A stretch of 64,000 nucleotides of DNA, taken from assembly GCA_963812605.1 (NCBI GenBank), contig CAWEWF010000004.1, positions 1 through 64,000 of the forward strand, given 5' to 3'. Below are positions 51,416 to 62,500 of the stretch, piece after piece (position 1 is the first letter of the stretch; each line of letters opens with the position of its first letter). Source of the DNA: an uncultured Verrucomicrobiae bacterium. Its GTDB lineage: Bacteria; Verrucomicrobiota; Verrucomicrobiia; Palsa-1439. The position numbers and the translations under genes were made by a program. Below the pieces are notes generated by a model. The model saw only the letters and a program-made list of their open reading frames with translations, was not told the DNA's origin and did no database searches.

Positions 51416-52030
51416 ATGAAACTGGCTAAGCTGCAAGAAACCAAGTCCACGATTCGCTTCCGTGCCAAGTTGTTTCGGCCCAAGGCAACCGAAAAGATTG
51501 GATCGTGGACCCTGCTAACTCTGCCCAAGAACGCGAGTGCGAAGCTTCCATCACGAGGCATGACGATGGTTGAGGGAACTATCAATGGCTTTCCTTTTCG
51601 AGCCGCTCTCGAACCAGACGGGAAAGGAAGTCACCGGCTCAGGGTTAACAAAGCCATGCACGATGCTGCAGACGCAGACGCTGGAGACACGGTAACGGTG
51701 GAGATTACGCGGGCCGGGGAAGAACCGGAGATCCGGGTGCCAATGGATCTACGCCAAGCCCTGGCAGCTGCCCCGCTGGCGCAGGCAGGGTGGGAGGACA
51801 TCACACCCATGGCGCGCCGGGACTGGATTTTCTCGATAAGCTCAGCCAAGCAACCGGAAACGCGTCGGCGCCGGATCGAGAAAGCGTGCGACATGCTGGC
51901 CTCTGGAAAGCGACGATTATGTTGTTTTCCCGGTATAAAGTGGCTTATGAAAAAAAACGCAAAATCATGCGGAATGTGGCTTCCCTTGCCGAACTCAAAA
52001 AATCGTTTTTCGTCGAGATCGACAAAGTAG
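51416..52030 (+). CDS. DUF1905 plus YdeI/OmpD-associated domain protein
   Basis: LPSRGMTMVEGTING, VPMDL..AL, ARRDW..AKQPETRRRRIEK. Confidence 0.85.
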   Translation: MKLAKLQETKSTIRFRAKLFRPKATEKIGSWTLLTLPKNASAKLPSRGMTMVEGTINGFPFRAALEPDGKGSHRLRVNKAMHDAADADAGDTVTVEITRAGEEPEIRVPMDLRQALAAAPLAQAGWEDITPMARRDWIFSISSAKQPETRRRRIEKACDMLASGKRRLCCFPGIKWLMKKNAKSCGMWLPLPNSKNRFSSRSTK

Positions 52031-52099
52031 AAAACCGCCAAGATTTGGAGAAACTGCGCGTGAAGTATTTGAGTCATTGGTCACTGGGTCAACCCAGTA

Positions 52100-52240
52100 G
52101 AGGCCGTTGAAAAACCAATGAATCTTTGCCTCCGGTTGTAGGCCGACTCTGTGAGTCGGCGATTTCTTTAAGGATTTCGCCGCTTCGCAGAAGCGGCCTA
52201 CAGGCCGGGCGGTCGGAATGTGACATTTTTCAACAGCCTC
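52100..52240. mobile_element. MITE with 15-bp TIRs and AGTA target duplication, enclosing a REP doublet
   Basis: GAGGCCGTTGAAAAA / TTTTTCAACAGCCTC; AGTA on both flanks; TGTAGGCCG...CGGCCTACA inside. Confidence 0.75.
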
Positions 52241-52446
52241 AGTACACTGGGCAGTTGACGTAACTGGGACCCGCGCCCCTACAGGAAACTGACCGATTGC
52301 CGCAAAGCCGAGTCCGCGAGACCTGCGCAGCAAAACCATATTGTGGCGAGTCGTGCCGCGAATGTTGCGCTCCGATATCGTAAACCGATAATTTTGCTGG
52401 ACAGCGTGTTGGGGGATGGATATAGTCGGGGAACCGGGAACAAATG

Positions 52447-52820
52447 AACGCTCAACTTCCAACGCTCAACGCCCAATTTTCATGGGACCGGGGTAAAGGC
52501 GTCCGACTTCGCGAGGGCAGCAAATACCCCTCACCTCAATCCTTTTCCGTACACGACAACGGGTTTGCCGCGGAAGCACAACGTGCGGCGTCTCGCGGAC
52601 TCGGCTCGTCCAACTCGGCTCCCCCAAGAGGAGAGACAGGAGGCGAGCGGAGCGGCAAAGCTGCGACAAGTCGCAGCACTCCAAAGGGGGACGCCGGGCC
52701 GACCCGAAAGGCTACAGGCGGGACGCCTGTTCAACTCGAAAACGGAAGGACACGGGCGGGACGCCCGCGCCACTATCAGAGGGGAAGAGCCCCCCTATAT
52801 GTTTTTGCGAAACGAACCCA
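52447..52820. repeat. Cluster of short palindromic and heptamer repeat remnants
   Basis: AACGCTC tandem, GCTGCGACAAGTCGCAGC, ACAGGCGGGACGCCTGT, CGGGCGGGACGCCCG. Confidence 0.55.
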
Positions 52821-53015
52821 CCGGGAGGGGGTTTTGAGGGTCCTTTTTAATGAAAAGTGGATTTGTTTACGAAGAATAAAGCCATGTCGCGGGTACAAAG
52901 GACGGTGTTCGCGGAACGCCAACAGTCTTGTGATTCTGTGGCGCTCTCGGTAATGTCTGGCGAACCGATGGCGGCGATCCATCGGGTTCGAAACGCAATT
53001 AACGAGGATTCCATC

Positions 53016-54509
53016 ATGATCGACCAACCCATGACCCGTCGTGAAGCGTTGAAGACGGCGACTGCCATCGGCGTTTCTGCGGCGCTGTCTCCCCTGGCCG
53101 CGCTGGCGGACGCGGCCACGACCGAACCGGCGGTCCGCAGGGCCGCCACCATCTCCATTGCGACGAGCCCGGCTCCGTTTGCGCGCCAGGACGTCGGCAA
53201 GCTGCTCGACGACCTCCAACAACGGGCGGGCGTGAATGTGATCCTCCCGTTCATGTATACCCACGGAGCGGTGCGGGCGGGTCTGCCGGCGGAGGGATTT
53301 CGCGGCGGAAATTTCGCCATCCCGCACATGGAATATTACAAGGACACGGGCCTCACGTACGACGATATGCGCGGCACGGAATTTGGCGATGTGGATGTGT
53401 TCGCCCGCCTGATTCCCGCGGCCCACAAACGCGGCATCAAGACTTTCGGGTGGATCATCGAGGACAACCGACGCCCCGCCATCCCGCATTGGGAACCGCT
53501 GTACGAGGTTGATTTCTATGGCCGGCGCGCGGAAAGCCATCCCGGCGGCCCGTGCTACAATAATCCCCGCTATCGCGCCTGGCTTCTGGGACTCGTGGAA
53601 GATTACGCCCATTCCTATGAAATCGATGGCATCATGTGGGGATCGGAACGGCAGGGCGCATTCTTCAATGCGCTCGGCGCCCAGCTTGATGGCGCAAAGA
53701 CCGATCCCGGCAAGGTCACCTGCTTCTGCATATACTGTGTGAAGAAAGCCGAGGGCCTGGGGATCGACGTTGAGCGGGCGCGGCGCGGGTTCGGGGAACT
53801 GGAAACGTTCGTCCGCAACGGCCGGGCCAATCAGCGTCCCCGGGACGGATACTTTGTCGTTTTCTGGCGGCTGTTGCTAAAGTACCCCGAACTGCTGGCG
53901 TGGGACAACCTGTGGGTCACCAGCCGTCATGAAATGCAACGCGATCTTTACCAGAAGATCAAATCGATCAAGCCGTCGCTCATCGTCGGCTGGCACTTGT
54001 GGCACAATTTGTCGTTCAGCCCATTTCACCGGGCGGAAGAAGACTACGCGGAGATGACCGGCTGGTCTGATTTCATCCGGCCCGCGCTGTATAGCAATTG
54101 CGCCGGCGAACGCATGCGCAGCTTCGTGGACAGCACGCATGGCAACGTCTTTGGCGACGTGCCTCCCGGCCAAACGCTCGATCTGCTGTACCGGGTGCTC
54201 GATTACCAGGAAGCACCGTACGACAAGGTGACGTCCACGGGGTTCACTGCCGACTATGTTCTGCGGGAAACCCGGCGTACGCTGGAAGGCGTCGCCGGCA
54301 CGTCGACGCAGGTCTGGCCGGGGATCGACATCGACGTACCCGTGCACGCTGGTACCAGCCAATGCACGCCGGAGAGCGTCAAACAGGAAGTGCTCGCCGT
54401 CTTCAAGGCCGGCGCCCAGGGAATCATGCTCTCACGCAACTATGTTGAGATGAAACCCGAGAACCTCGCCGGTGCCGGCGCCGCATTGCGGGAACTCGGA
54501 CTGCGTTGA
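53016..54509 (+). CDS. Tat-exported protein, probable glycoside-hydrolase-like TIM barrel
   Basis: TRREALK Tat motif, GAGGA RBS, CYNNP.YR, IDGIMWGSE, CFC..C. Confidence 0.7.
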   Translation: MIDQPMTRREALKTATAIGVSAALSPLAALADAATTEPAVRRAATISIATSPAPFARQDVGKLLDDLQQRAGVNVILPFMYTHGAVRAGLPAEGFRGGNFAIPHMEYYKDTGLTYDDMRGTEFGDVDVFARLIPAAHKRGIKTFGWIIEDNRRPAIPHWEPLYEVDFYGRRAESHPGGPCYNNPRYRAWLLGLVEDYAHSYEIDGIMWGSERQGAFFNALGAQLDGAKTDPGKVTCFCIYCVKKAEGLGIDVERARRGFGELETFVRNGRANQRPRDGYFVVFWRLLLKYPELLAWDNLWVTSRHEMQRDLYQKIKSIKPSLIVGWHLWHNLSFSPFHRAEEDYAEMTGWSDFIRPALYSNCAGERMRSFVDSTHGNVFGDVPPGQTLDLLYRVLDYQEAPYDKVTSTGFTADYVLRETRRTLEGVAGTSTQVWPGIDIDVPVHAGTSQCTPESVKQEVLAVFKAGAQGIMLSRNYVEMKPENLAGAGAALRELGLR

Positions 54510-54525
54510 CCACGAGGAGAATTGT

Positions 54526-55509
54526 ATGCGCTATCGGAATTTGGGGCGGACAGGTTGGAAAGTTTCTGAAATCAGCTTCGGCGCTTGGGCCATCGGCGGA
54601 ACCTGGGGAGCTGTCGACGACCAGGAATCGATTGCGGCGCTTCATCGCGCAATCGATCTGGGCATAAACTTCATCGACACCGCTGACGTGTACGGCGACG
54701 GGCGTAGCGAGCGGCTTGTCGGCAAAGTGGTCCGGGAACGTTCCGAGAAGATCATCGTGGCGACAAAAGCGGGCCGGCGTCTTTCGCCACACACTGCGGA
54801 CGGCTACAACAAGCGCAATCTCACCGGCTTCATCGAACGCAGCCTGCGGAATCTCGGCACCGATTGTCTCGACCTGCTGCAATTGCACTGTCCGCCAACG
54901 GAAGTGTATTACCGGCCGGAAGTTTTCGAGGCATTGGACGACATCGCGAAGGCCGGCAAGATCCATCATTACGGCGTCAGCGTCGCGACCGTGGAAGAAG
55001 GACTGAAAGCCATCGATTACCCGCATGTCCAGAGCGTGCAGATTATCTTCAACATGTTCCGGCATCGTCCCGCCGAATTGTTCTTCGCGGAGGCCAAACG
55101 CCGCAAGGTCGGCATTTTAGCGCGTGTCCCGCTCGCGAGCGGTTTGCTGACCGGTAAGATGACGCGGCAAACAAAATTCAGCGCGGACGATCACCGGAAG
55201 TTTAATCGTCACGGCGAAGCTTTCGACCGCGGCGAAACTTTCTCCGGCGTGGACTACGAGACCGGATTGAAAGCCGTGGAAGAACTGAAACGGCTCACCC
55301 CGAAAGGCGCGACCCTCGCACAATTCGCGCTGCGTTGGATTCTCATGTTCGACGCCGTAACCTGCGCCATCCCCGGCGCCAAACGTCCCGACCAAGCCGA
55401 GCAAAACATCCGCGCCTCTTCACTTCCCCGCCTGAACCGCGCCACGATGCTGAAAGTCGAGGCCATCTACAACAAATACATTCGCCCCCAAGTGCATCAT
55501 CGATGGTAA
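54526..55509 (+). CDS. Aldo/keto reductase
   Basis: LGRTGWKVSEISFG, DTADVYG, LQLHCP, IPGAK. Confidence 0.93.
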   Translation: MRYRNLGRTGWKVSEISFGAWAIGGTWGAVDDQESIAALHRAIDLGINFIDTADVYGDGRSERLVGKVVRERSEKIIVATKAGRRLSPHTADGYNKRNLTGFIERSLRNLGTDCLDLLQLHCPPTEVYYRPEVFEALDDIAKAGKIHHYGVSVATVEEGLKAIDYPHVQSVQIIFNMFRHRPAELFFAEAKRRKVGILARVPLASGLLTGKMTRQTKFSADDHRKFNRHGEAFDRGETFSGVDYETGLKAVEELKRLTPKGATLAQFALRWILMFDAVTCAIPGAKRPDQAEQNIRASSLPRLNRATMLKVEAIYNKYIRPQVHHRW

Positions 55510-55514
55510 GGGAC

Positions 55515-55832
55515 TCACAACTCCGTGGCAAAGCGGAGCGCCAGCTTGATCTTGGCAAGCAAGTCCGGGCTCAGCGTGCCGATCTTACGTTCCAGTCGCA
55601 CGGTAGGCACCGAGCCGATGCCCTGCACGTTGGCCACCGTTTTTTCTTTCAGGAAAGTCTGATCACCGAGAACGACTTCGTAAGAGCTGTCGCGATTTTG
55701 CGTCGTGAGAGGGACATAAATGACCAGAGCACGCGGAGCCTGGGGATCGTAACGGGAAAGAATGACAACAGGGCGGGTCTTCGCAGCCAAGCCGAGATCG
55801 GCCATCCAGACTTCACCGGGTTTCGCGTTCAT
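55515..55832 (-). CDS. PemK/MazF-family toxin
   Basis: GEVWMADLG..KTRPVVILS..VPLTT. Confidence 0.88.
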   Translation of the reverse strand: MNAKPGEVWMADLGLAAKTRPVVILSRYDPQAPRALVIYVPLTTQNRDSSYEVVLGDQTFLKEKTVANVQGIGSVPTVRLERKIGTLSPDLLAKIKLALRFATEL

Positions 55833-55998
55833 CGAGAATATTGAGCACGTCTTGCTCGGCTTCCCGCGAGCGCGCCACATCCAGCGCATCGCGATCAGCC
55901 AACTCTATGATCTCGGCGACGCGACGCTCCACTTCCTTGGCGGTCTGTGGCTGCCATTGCTTCAGCTTGTCGTCGAGCTTTTGGGCGATTGCCGTCAT
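55813..55998 (-). CDS. Putative antitoxin
   Basis: 61 aa, upstream of and overlapping the toxin gene. Confidence 0.65.
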   Translation of the reverse strand: MTAIAQKLDDKLKQWQPQTAKEVERRVAEIIELADRDALDVARSREAEQDVLNILDERETR

Positions 55999-56048
55999 GC
56001 GCCTGTAAGATTAGTCCGTATTCCATCCAACGTTAATCCGCGCTACGA

Positions 56049-57248
56049 CTACTCTTTTGCCCCGTGTTGGCGCAACAAATCGACTGCGTCCATCCGTTTG
56101 ATTTGCAGGGCAAATTGCAGCGGCGTTTTGCCATCCGGCCCCTTGGCGTTTGGATCAGCGCCGGCCTGCAAGAGGTAGGCAAGATTTTCGGCCGTTCGCT
56201 GTCCCGCGGCTCTCATCAACGCAGTCTGCCCGCGCCCGTCGGCCGCATTGACATTGCCACCGGCCTGCACGAAAGCCCGGAGCCAATCGAGGTCGGCCAT
56301 GGCGGCGTGCACGGTGACTTGATCCAGCAATTGCGGTGCAGCCGTGGCCACCAGACCGGCCAGTTCCGCGGGTCCTTTGTCCGCCGCCGCCAGTAGCGCT
56401 TCACCCGACGGCCATTGCGGGGCGGCACATTGCTTGACCATCCTCTTAATCGATGAGTCCATCTTCTTTCGCACCTGGGCCAGAACGGCCTGGCTATTGG
56501 CACCCGGTATCGCCGCCAGACCGGCGGCAAGAGCGTGCGAACTCCGGGCCGACATCATCATTCCGATGGCCAGACAATAAAGCTCTGCCGTTGCTGGGCT
56601 TTTCGCCGCGGGGGGAGCGGCTGCGGCGGCCTCCGCAATTCTCTCCTGATCGTCAACTCGCTCCGCTTCCGTAATGCCCTTGCCAACGAGGCGGAACGTT
56701 TGCGCGTCTTCCAGGCTTTCGGCTCCTTCCTCCTTGAAGTATTTGAAGCCCAAGTGAAGCCGCGCCTGGTCCATGCCCAGCAGCGGCGCGAGGTCCACCA
56801 GGATCTCCTCGGCAAACCCGTATTCGTCCGGACGATGAAGTATCTTGTCAACGTCTTCGAGCCGCGTGCCGCTGACGCAATGGTTCAGAATCGCCTGCGG
56901 GTTGCCACGACACCGTTTCCGCGTCTTCTCATTCGCGGGTTCAAAATAATCCGGATTCGAATTATATTCGTCCGCAATCTCACCCCGCTCATAAAGGTAA
57001 TAAATCAGGATGTCGCTATCGTGGTCGAGAAAGGCGAAGACCGTCGTGGAAAGCTCCTTGGAAATGACCTTGGCGAGACGTTGCAGCTCTCGCTCGTCCT
57101 GGTCGTCGGAAGTCTCGTCATAGACGGTCACCCAGCCATCTTTTGGAGGGGAAACATAGGCGCGCGTCTTTACTGAACGAGCCACGACATCCATCACCTT
57201 TTCCGCCGAATCGGAACGCACCTGATAATTTGTGAAGAATGCACCCAT
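56049..57248 (-). CDS. Ankyrin-repeat-containing protein
   Basis: C-terminal GQTALMRAA, GADPN, GKTPLQFA. Confidence 0.8.
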   Translation of the reverse strand: MGAFFTNYQVRSDSAEKVMDVVARSVKTRAYVSPPKDGWVTVYDETSDDQDERELQRLAKVISKELSTTVFAFLDHDSDILIYYLYERGEIADEYNSNPDYFEPANEKTRKRCRGNPQAILNHCVSGTRLEDVDKILHRPDEYGFAEEILVDLAPLLGMDQARLHLGFKYFKEEGAESLEDAQTFRLVGKGITEAERVDDQERIAEAAAAAPPAAKSPATAELYCLAIGMMMSARSSHALAAGLAAIPGANSQAVLAQVRKKMDSSIKRMVKQCAAPQWPSGEALLAAADKGPAELAGLVATAAPQLLDQVTVHAAMADLDWLRAFVQAGGNVNAADGRGQTALMRAAGQRTAENLAYLLQAGADPNAKGPDGKTPLQFALQIKRMDAVDLLRQHGAKE

Positions 57249-57343
57249 GGTTGCCGGTAGAAGTTTAAGACAGCGAACGCCTCGAAGGTCAACGGCAGAT
57301 TCGGCGCTTCACAGAACCGCCGCTACAACAGTATATTGCCAAC

Positions 57344-58129
57344 ATGTCCATTCATCCGACAGCCATCATCAGCAAGACGGCGGAACTCGATTCGTCGGTT
57401 GACGTGGGAGCGAATGCGATCATCGAGGAGCACGTGAAGATTGGCGCGGGGACGCGGATTTGGGCGAATGCGTATCTCACGGGACACACGGAGATCGGGC
57501 GGGACAATGAAATCCACATGGGCGCGGTGATCGGGCATGAACCGCAGGATTTGAAATTCGACCGCACATGCCGCAGTTATTTGAAGATCGGCGACCGCAA
57601 CGTATTTCGCGAATATTGCACGGTGCATCGCGGGACGGAGCCGGAGAGCGCGACGGTCATCGGCAACGAGTGCTACCTGATGGCGACGGCGCATGTCGGC
57701 CACAATTGCGTCATCGGCAACCACGTGATCATCTGCAATTGCGCCTTGGTCGCGGGGCATGTCCATATCGGCGACCGCGCGTTCATTTCCGGCGGTGTGG
57801 TGATTCACCAATTCACGCGTGTGGGACGCCTGGCGATGTTTTCGGGCAACGCGCGCGTCTCGATGGACGTGCCGCCGTTCACACTGGCGGCGGAGCGAAA
57901 CGAGATTCACGCGCTGAACCTGGTGGGCCTGCGGCGGATGAAAATCTCTCGCGAAGCAATTGCGGAATTGAAGCAACTTTACCAGTTGTTCTATCTATCA
58001 GGTTCAAACGGCACACAAGCCTTGAAGGAAGCATCGGCGGATGGCGCGTACAAAACAACCGAGGCCCGGGAATTCATCGAGTTCGTGCGCCACTCGCCGA
58101 ACGGGATTTGTCCACCGCCGCGGACGTAA
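57344..58129 (+). CDS. lpxA: UDP-N-acetylglucosamine acyltransferase
   Basis: IHPTAII, hexapeptide repeats, PQDLK, VHRGT, HVGHNC, IHQF. Confidence 0.9.
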   Translation: MSIHPTAIISKTAELDSSVDVGANAIIEEHVKIGAGTRIWANAYLTGHTEIGRDNEIHMGAVIGHEPQDLKFDRTCRSYLKIGDRNVFREYCTVHRGTEPESATVIGNECYLMATAHVGHNCVIGNHVIICNCALVAGHVHIGDRAFISGGVVIHQFTRVGRLAMFSGNARVSMDVPPFTLAAERNEIHALNLVGLRRMKISREAIAELKQLYQLFYLSGSNGTQALKEASADGAYKTTEAREFIEFVRHSPNGICPPPRT

Positions 58130-58195
58130 GTTGGCTTGTAAGAAACGGGCGCCACACCGACACGCAAGCCAATTATTATACGGATTGCATGGATA

Positions 58196-58840
58196 TTAGT
58201 TGATTTTTGATTTCTCCTCCAGGAACTGTCTTGTGCGGGGCTTGCGACCCAGCTCCGCATCCCAAAGCCCCCACATAACCTGCTGACCCGCGATGATTTG
58301 TTCGCCGCTTAAGCGGACGCGCTCGGCTCCTTTCAGTGATGCGCCCGCCAATGAACGAAGCACTTTGCTTACTCCCGCTGCTGCCTCCCATTTGGGCGCC
58401 CAACCCGCAGCGGACAACAACTGAATTTCGAACCAGATCAATAAAACCGCATTGGTTCGCCGTTCCAGCGCATCCAGGATTGCCGCTAATAGCAAATAGA
58501 TCCTCACGTTCGGATCTTCGCGTTCCGTCGCCATTTCGACCAGTTCGCAGGCATAAGACGCGGCGGCCAATGACTCGACCGACTCTCGCAATCGCCTATG
58601 CGGCTCTTCCAGGAAGCAATCGTGCAAGAGATGTAAATCGCTTCGCCGGCTCGGCAAAAAAACAATCTCATCGCAGTAGAACAGATCGATCTTTCCCTGA
58701 AACGGCCCTTTCGGTCGACGAGCGCCTTTCGCCAGCGTCTTCAGTTTGCCAAATTCCCGCGTGTACCACGTGACAATCAGGCTGGACTCCGTGACGGATT
58801 GACGACGCAAGACGATCCCTTCGGCGCGCTCAGTATCCAT
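58196..58840 (-). CDS. recO: DNA repair protein RecO
   Basis: GIVLR..ESSLIVTWYTREFGK..AKGARR. Confidence 0.88.
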   Translation of the reverse strand: MDTERAEGIVLRRQSVTESSLIVTWYTREFGKLKTLAKGARRPKGPFQGKIDLFYCDEIVFLPSRRSDLHLLHDCFLEEPHRRLRESVESLAAASYACELVEMATEREDPNVRIYLLLAAILDALERRTNAVLLIWFEIQLLSAAGWAPKWEAAAGVSKVLRSLAGASLKGAERVRLSGEQIIAGQQVMWGLWDAELGRKPRTRQFLEEKSKIN

Positions 58841-58847
58841 GCGCGGG

Positions 58848-59490
58848 TTACCGCACCAACGGCGCAACCGCTGGTTGTGTCTTCGGCATGTACGGCGGCA
58901 TGACTGAACCGCACGAAATGATCATTTTCATGCCCTCCGCCACGCTCATATGCAACTCGATCAACTCCGCGCGCGGGATGAAAAGCAGAATGCCGCTCGT
59001 GGGGTTCGGCGTCGCCGGCACAAACACATTGACCAGCGTTTCGCGCATCTTCTCCTGGACCTCGCCGCCCGTCTCGCTCGTCACGAAACCGATCGTATAC
59101 ATGCCCGGCCCGCGGAAATTCCACCAGTACCACGCGCTGGAACATCGTCTTTTTCCCGGAAAGCAGCGTCTGGCTGATTTCCTTCATGAACCCATACGTC
59201 TTGTTCAGCAAAGGCACGTGCGTGATGAGCGATTCGGTGGCCGACACGATCCGCTTGCCCATCACCAAACGCGTCACCCGCCCCACAAAAATCGTGAACA
59301 CCACAAACAGGACCAGCGCGATGATTCGATACAGCGGCGTCAACATCTGCCTGTGCAAGAACTCGGGCAGCATGAAATCGGTCACCCAGGTGAAGATCCC
59401 GAGGAGAATGAGCACCGAGGCAGCCACCGGCACGACGACGAGCAAACCCGCAAAGAAGGAATTCCGCAGATTCTTGAGCGTCTCGTTCAT
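58848..59490 (-). CDS. DUF502 membrane protein, one frameshift near 59105
   Basis: FFAGLLVVVP, VVLVEFPR/IGFVT, FVPATPNPTSG. Confidence 0.85.
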
Positions 59491-59538
59491 GTCCCCGCCA
59501 TCGTAAACGCCGACGGCAGCGCTGTCAACGCGCGGAAC

Positions 59539-62500
59539 TCAGGGTTGAAGACGAATGCGGTAATAACGCGACGGGACATTGGTGGCGGCACCGCTATCGA
59601 GATAGTTGGTGGTGGCGTCGCCGCTGCCTGAGATGATAATCAACGGGCTCAGATCCAGGAAGTTCGTCGCATAGGAACCGTCCGGCAGACCGGTGGCTGC
59701 CTGCACCACGTTGGTGTGCCCGCCGGCCGTTGTCCAGGTTACCAGCACGTCGCTGCTCTGCTGCACCACCGAGGTAACCCGGAACGCCGAGGCCGGGTTG
59801 GTTGGGTTGATGCCCGCCAAGAACTGGTTGAGGTTATCCATCCCTTTGCCCAACGGATCAGCGTTCGCCGCTGCGGCCGGATTGGTGGTGCTGCCGAAAT
59901 ACTGTACCTGCCAGGCCTGGAATGGCGTCCATACCGTGACGCAATTCACCTGCGTGTTGGTGCCCGATCCGGCGGGTCCGCTGACGATTTCCATCACGCT
60001 ATAGACGCCGGCGGCGTTGTAGGTGTAGAGCACGCTGTTGGTCGCGATATTGGTCGTGCCGCCATCGCCAAAACTCCAGAACCAATTGGTGACACTGCCG
60101 GTTGAGGTGTCGGTGAACGTTACGGCCAGGGGGACAACGCCGCTGGCCGGATTGTTGGTGAAACTCGCCACGGGCGGCGAAGTCGACACCGTGATGTAAT
60201 TCGCCTGCGTATTGGTGCTCGATCCGCCAGGACCGCTGACGATTTCCTGCACGCTGTAGACTCCGGCGGCGTTGTAGGTATAGAGCACGGTGTTCGTCGC
60301 AAGATTGGTCGTGCCGCCATCGCCAAAGCTCCAGAACCAATTGGTGATGGTGCCGGCTGATGTGTCGTTGAACGTCACGGCCAGCGGGGAAACGCCGTTG
60401 GTCGGGCTTCCGCTGAAACTGGCCACGGGCGTACCGAGCAAATCGTTATAAACGGTCCCGAAGTTGTCCCCGACGACGACTTTGCCGATCAGGCCGCCGG
60501 CGCTGGGGATCGTGCCGCTGTCCAACTGGGAGATCGCGATGGAACCCACCGAGGAGGCCGCGCCGCTCGTGATGATGTTCTTGGCATACGGCGTCTGGTT
60601 TCCGATGTTCCCGCTGGTTGGATTCACGAACGCGATCACATTGGTGAAACCCGCCACCGCCTCGACGATCACGCGATACTGGACCCCGTAGCTAAGGCCA
60701 GTGGTGCCAAAAGTGTAGCCGTCTGTCGGAGCGGGCGTGATACGGACACCCAGCACGTAATTCGTTTTGGCCGCATTGGGTGACTCGGCGGCCAGACGGA
60801 ACTCGGCGGTACCGGTGCCGTTGCCGCTCGTATACAGCGCCACGAAGTACGGAACACCGTTGGTGTTCGGCGCGTTGGTCACGATCAGGGTCAGGCCATA
60901 GAACACGGCTTCGTTGGTCAGCGTGAAGTTTTTGTACGGGGTTTGGTTATTGGCGGTCAGCCCGCCGGTAAATCCCGCCTGGCCTCCGCTGATCTGCACC
61001 GGCACACTGGATATCGCACCCAATTGGGTCCAGCTTTGTTGGCCGACGAGATTACCGGAAGCTGAACGTGCTGAAGTTGTCGTAGAACCCGAAGTTACCG
61101 ATGTTGAGAGACACAGCGCGCGTCGTATTGCCAGCGCCGTTGGTGGTGTTGGTAAATCCAATCGTGTCGGAGTAGCCCCCGGTCGCCAGGCTGTTGGCGT
61201 TGGCGTTGAGAGAGGCGGTGACGTTTATGCCAGTATCCGAGGCCAACGTCCCATTTGTGGCGGAAAGCGTCAACCAGGTGGAAGAGTTGTTTGCCGTCCA
61301 GTTCACCGACGCTCCTCCCGCATTGCTTACCGCGTAGGTCTGGCTGATCGGGTTGAAGGGTCCGCCCGGCGGACCCCCGGAGCTGAATCCTCCCGTAGGA
61401 GCGACGATCAACTGCCCGGACGCGTTGCTGATGTTCAGATTGACAGGTTCCGTCGTGTTGCCGGAGCCATTGGATGTGGCAAACACAACCGTGTCCGAAT
61501 AAGAGCCACTCAGCAGTGTATTCGCGTTGGCATTGAGAGAAACGGTGATGTTGGTGGTAGCGGTTGGCGCCAGTGTGCCGCTGGTCGCGGAAATAGTCAG
61601 CCAGTTGAAGGTGTTGGTCACCGACCAAACCATTGTCACGCCACCCGTATTGCTCAGTGTATATGTCTGGCTGGTAGGACTAAATGGTCCGCCCGCGCCA
61701 CCGCTGGAGCTAAATCCGGACGCCGGGCTGACAACGAGTTGCGCCCCGAAGATGAATAGATCGCTGAGATCAGTCGCGTTGATCGCATCACCCAGCGCGG
61801 CCCCACGTTGAAAATCTCCTGCATCGTCAGCAAGGTGGAGCTGTGCGTGTAGTGGAGGGTATTGGAATAGCCGCCGCCCTTGGCCAGTGGCGACATCACG
61901 ATCATGCCGATCGGACCGTCCTCGCCCTCTCCTTCATCCCATGTGACAAAGATAACGCCGTTATTGCTGTACGCCTGGGAACCCACGATCTCGGCGACCG
62001 TGTTGGAGAGCCAGGTGTCACCCGCCGTCAGCAGCGCATTGCCGGTGAGGCATCCCGTATTGCCGTGCATGTCGTCGCAGAGGTTCGGGGTGATCCAAAC
62101 ATACCGCGCAACCGTGTTGCTCTGGAGATCCCCCGCCAATTCGGTAAACGGTCGCACATCGGAGATGCAGTACGTCGAGCCGGTGTTGTTCGTGTTCGTG
62201 ACGTCATCGAAATGCACCATGGGATTGTGCTTCGCCACGTATTGGCCGCTATCCGTAAGTGGGCACGTGGTTCCAGTGATGCCCTCTTGGAAGGAAGTCC
62301 AGGAGATTCCGGCGTTCTTGAGCAGCGTGACCAGGTGGTTGGTGGTGCTCTCGTGGTAGGTCAAGGCGTCGCCATCAGCGAGGATGCCAAAGTTCGTGCC
62401 CGCCTCCAGCCACAGGTAGTTCGGCAAACTCGGGTGGTTGCCCGGAGGATTGTAATACTGCAAGGTATACGAGGACTTCGGTAGCAGCCCGTTGTTGATG

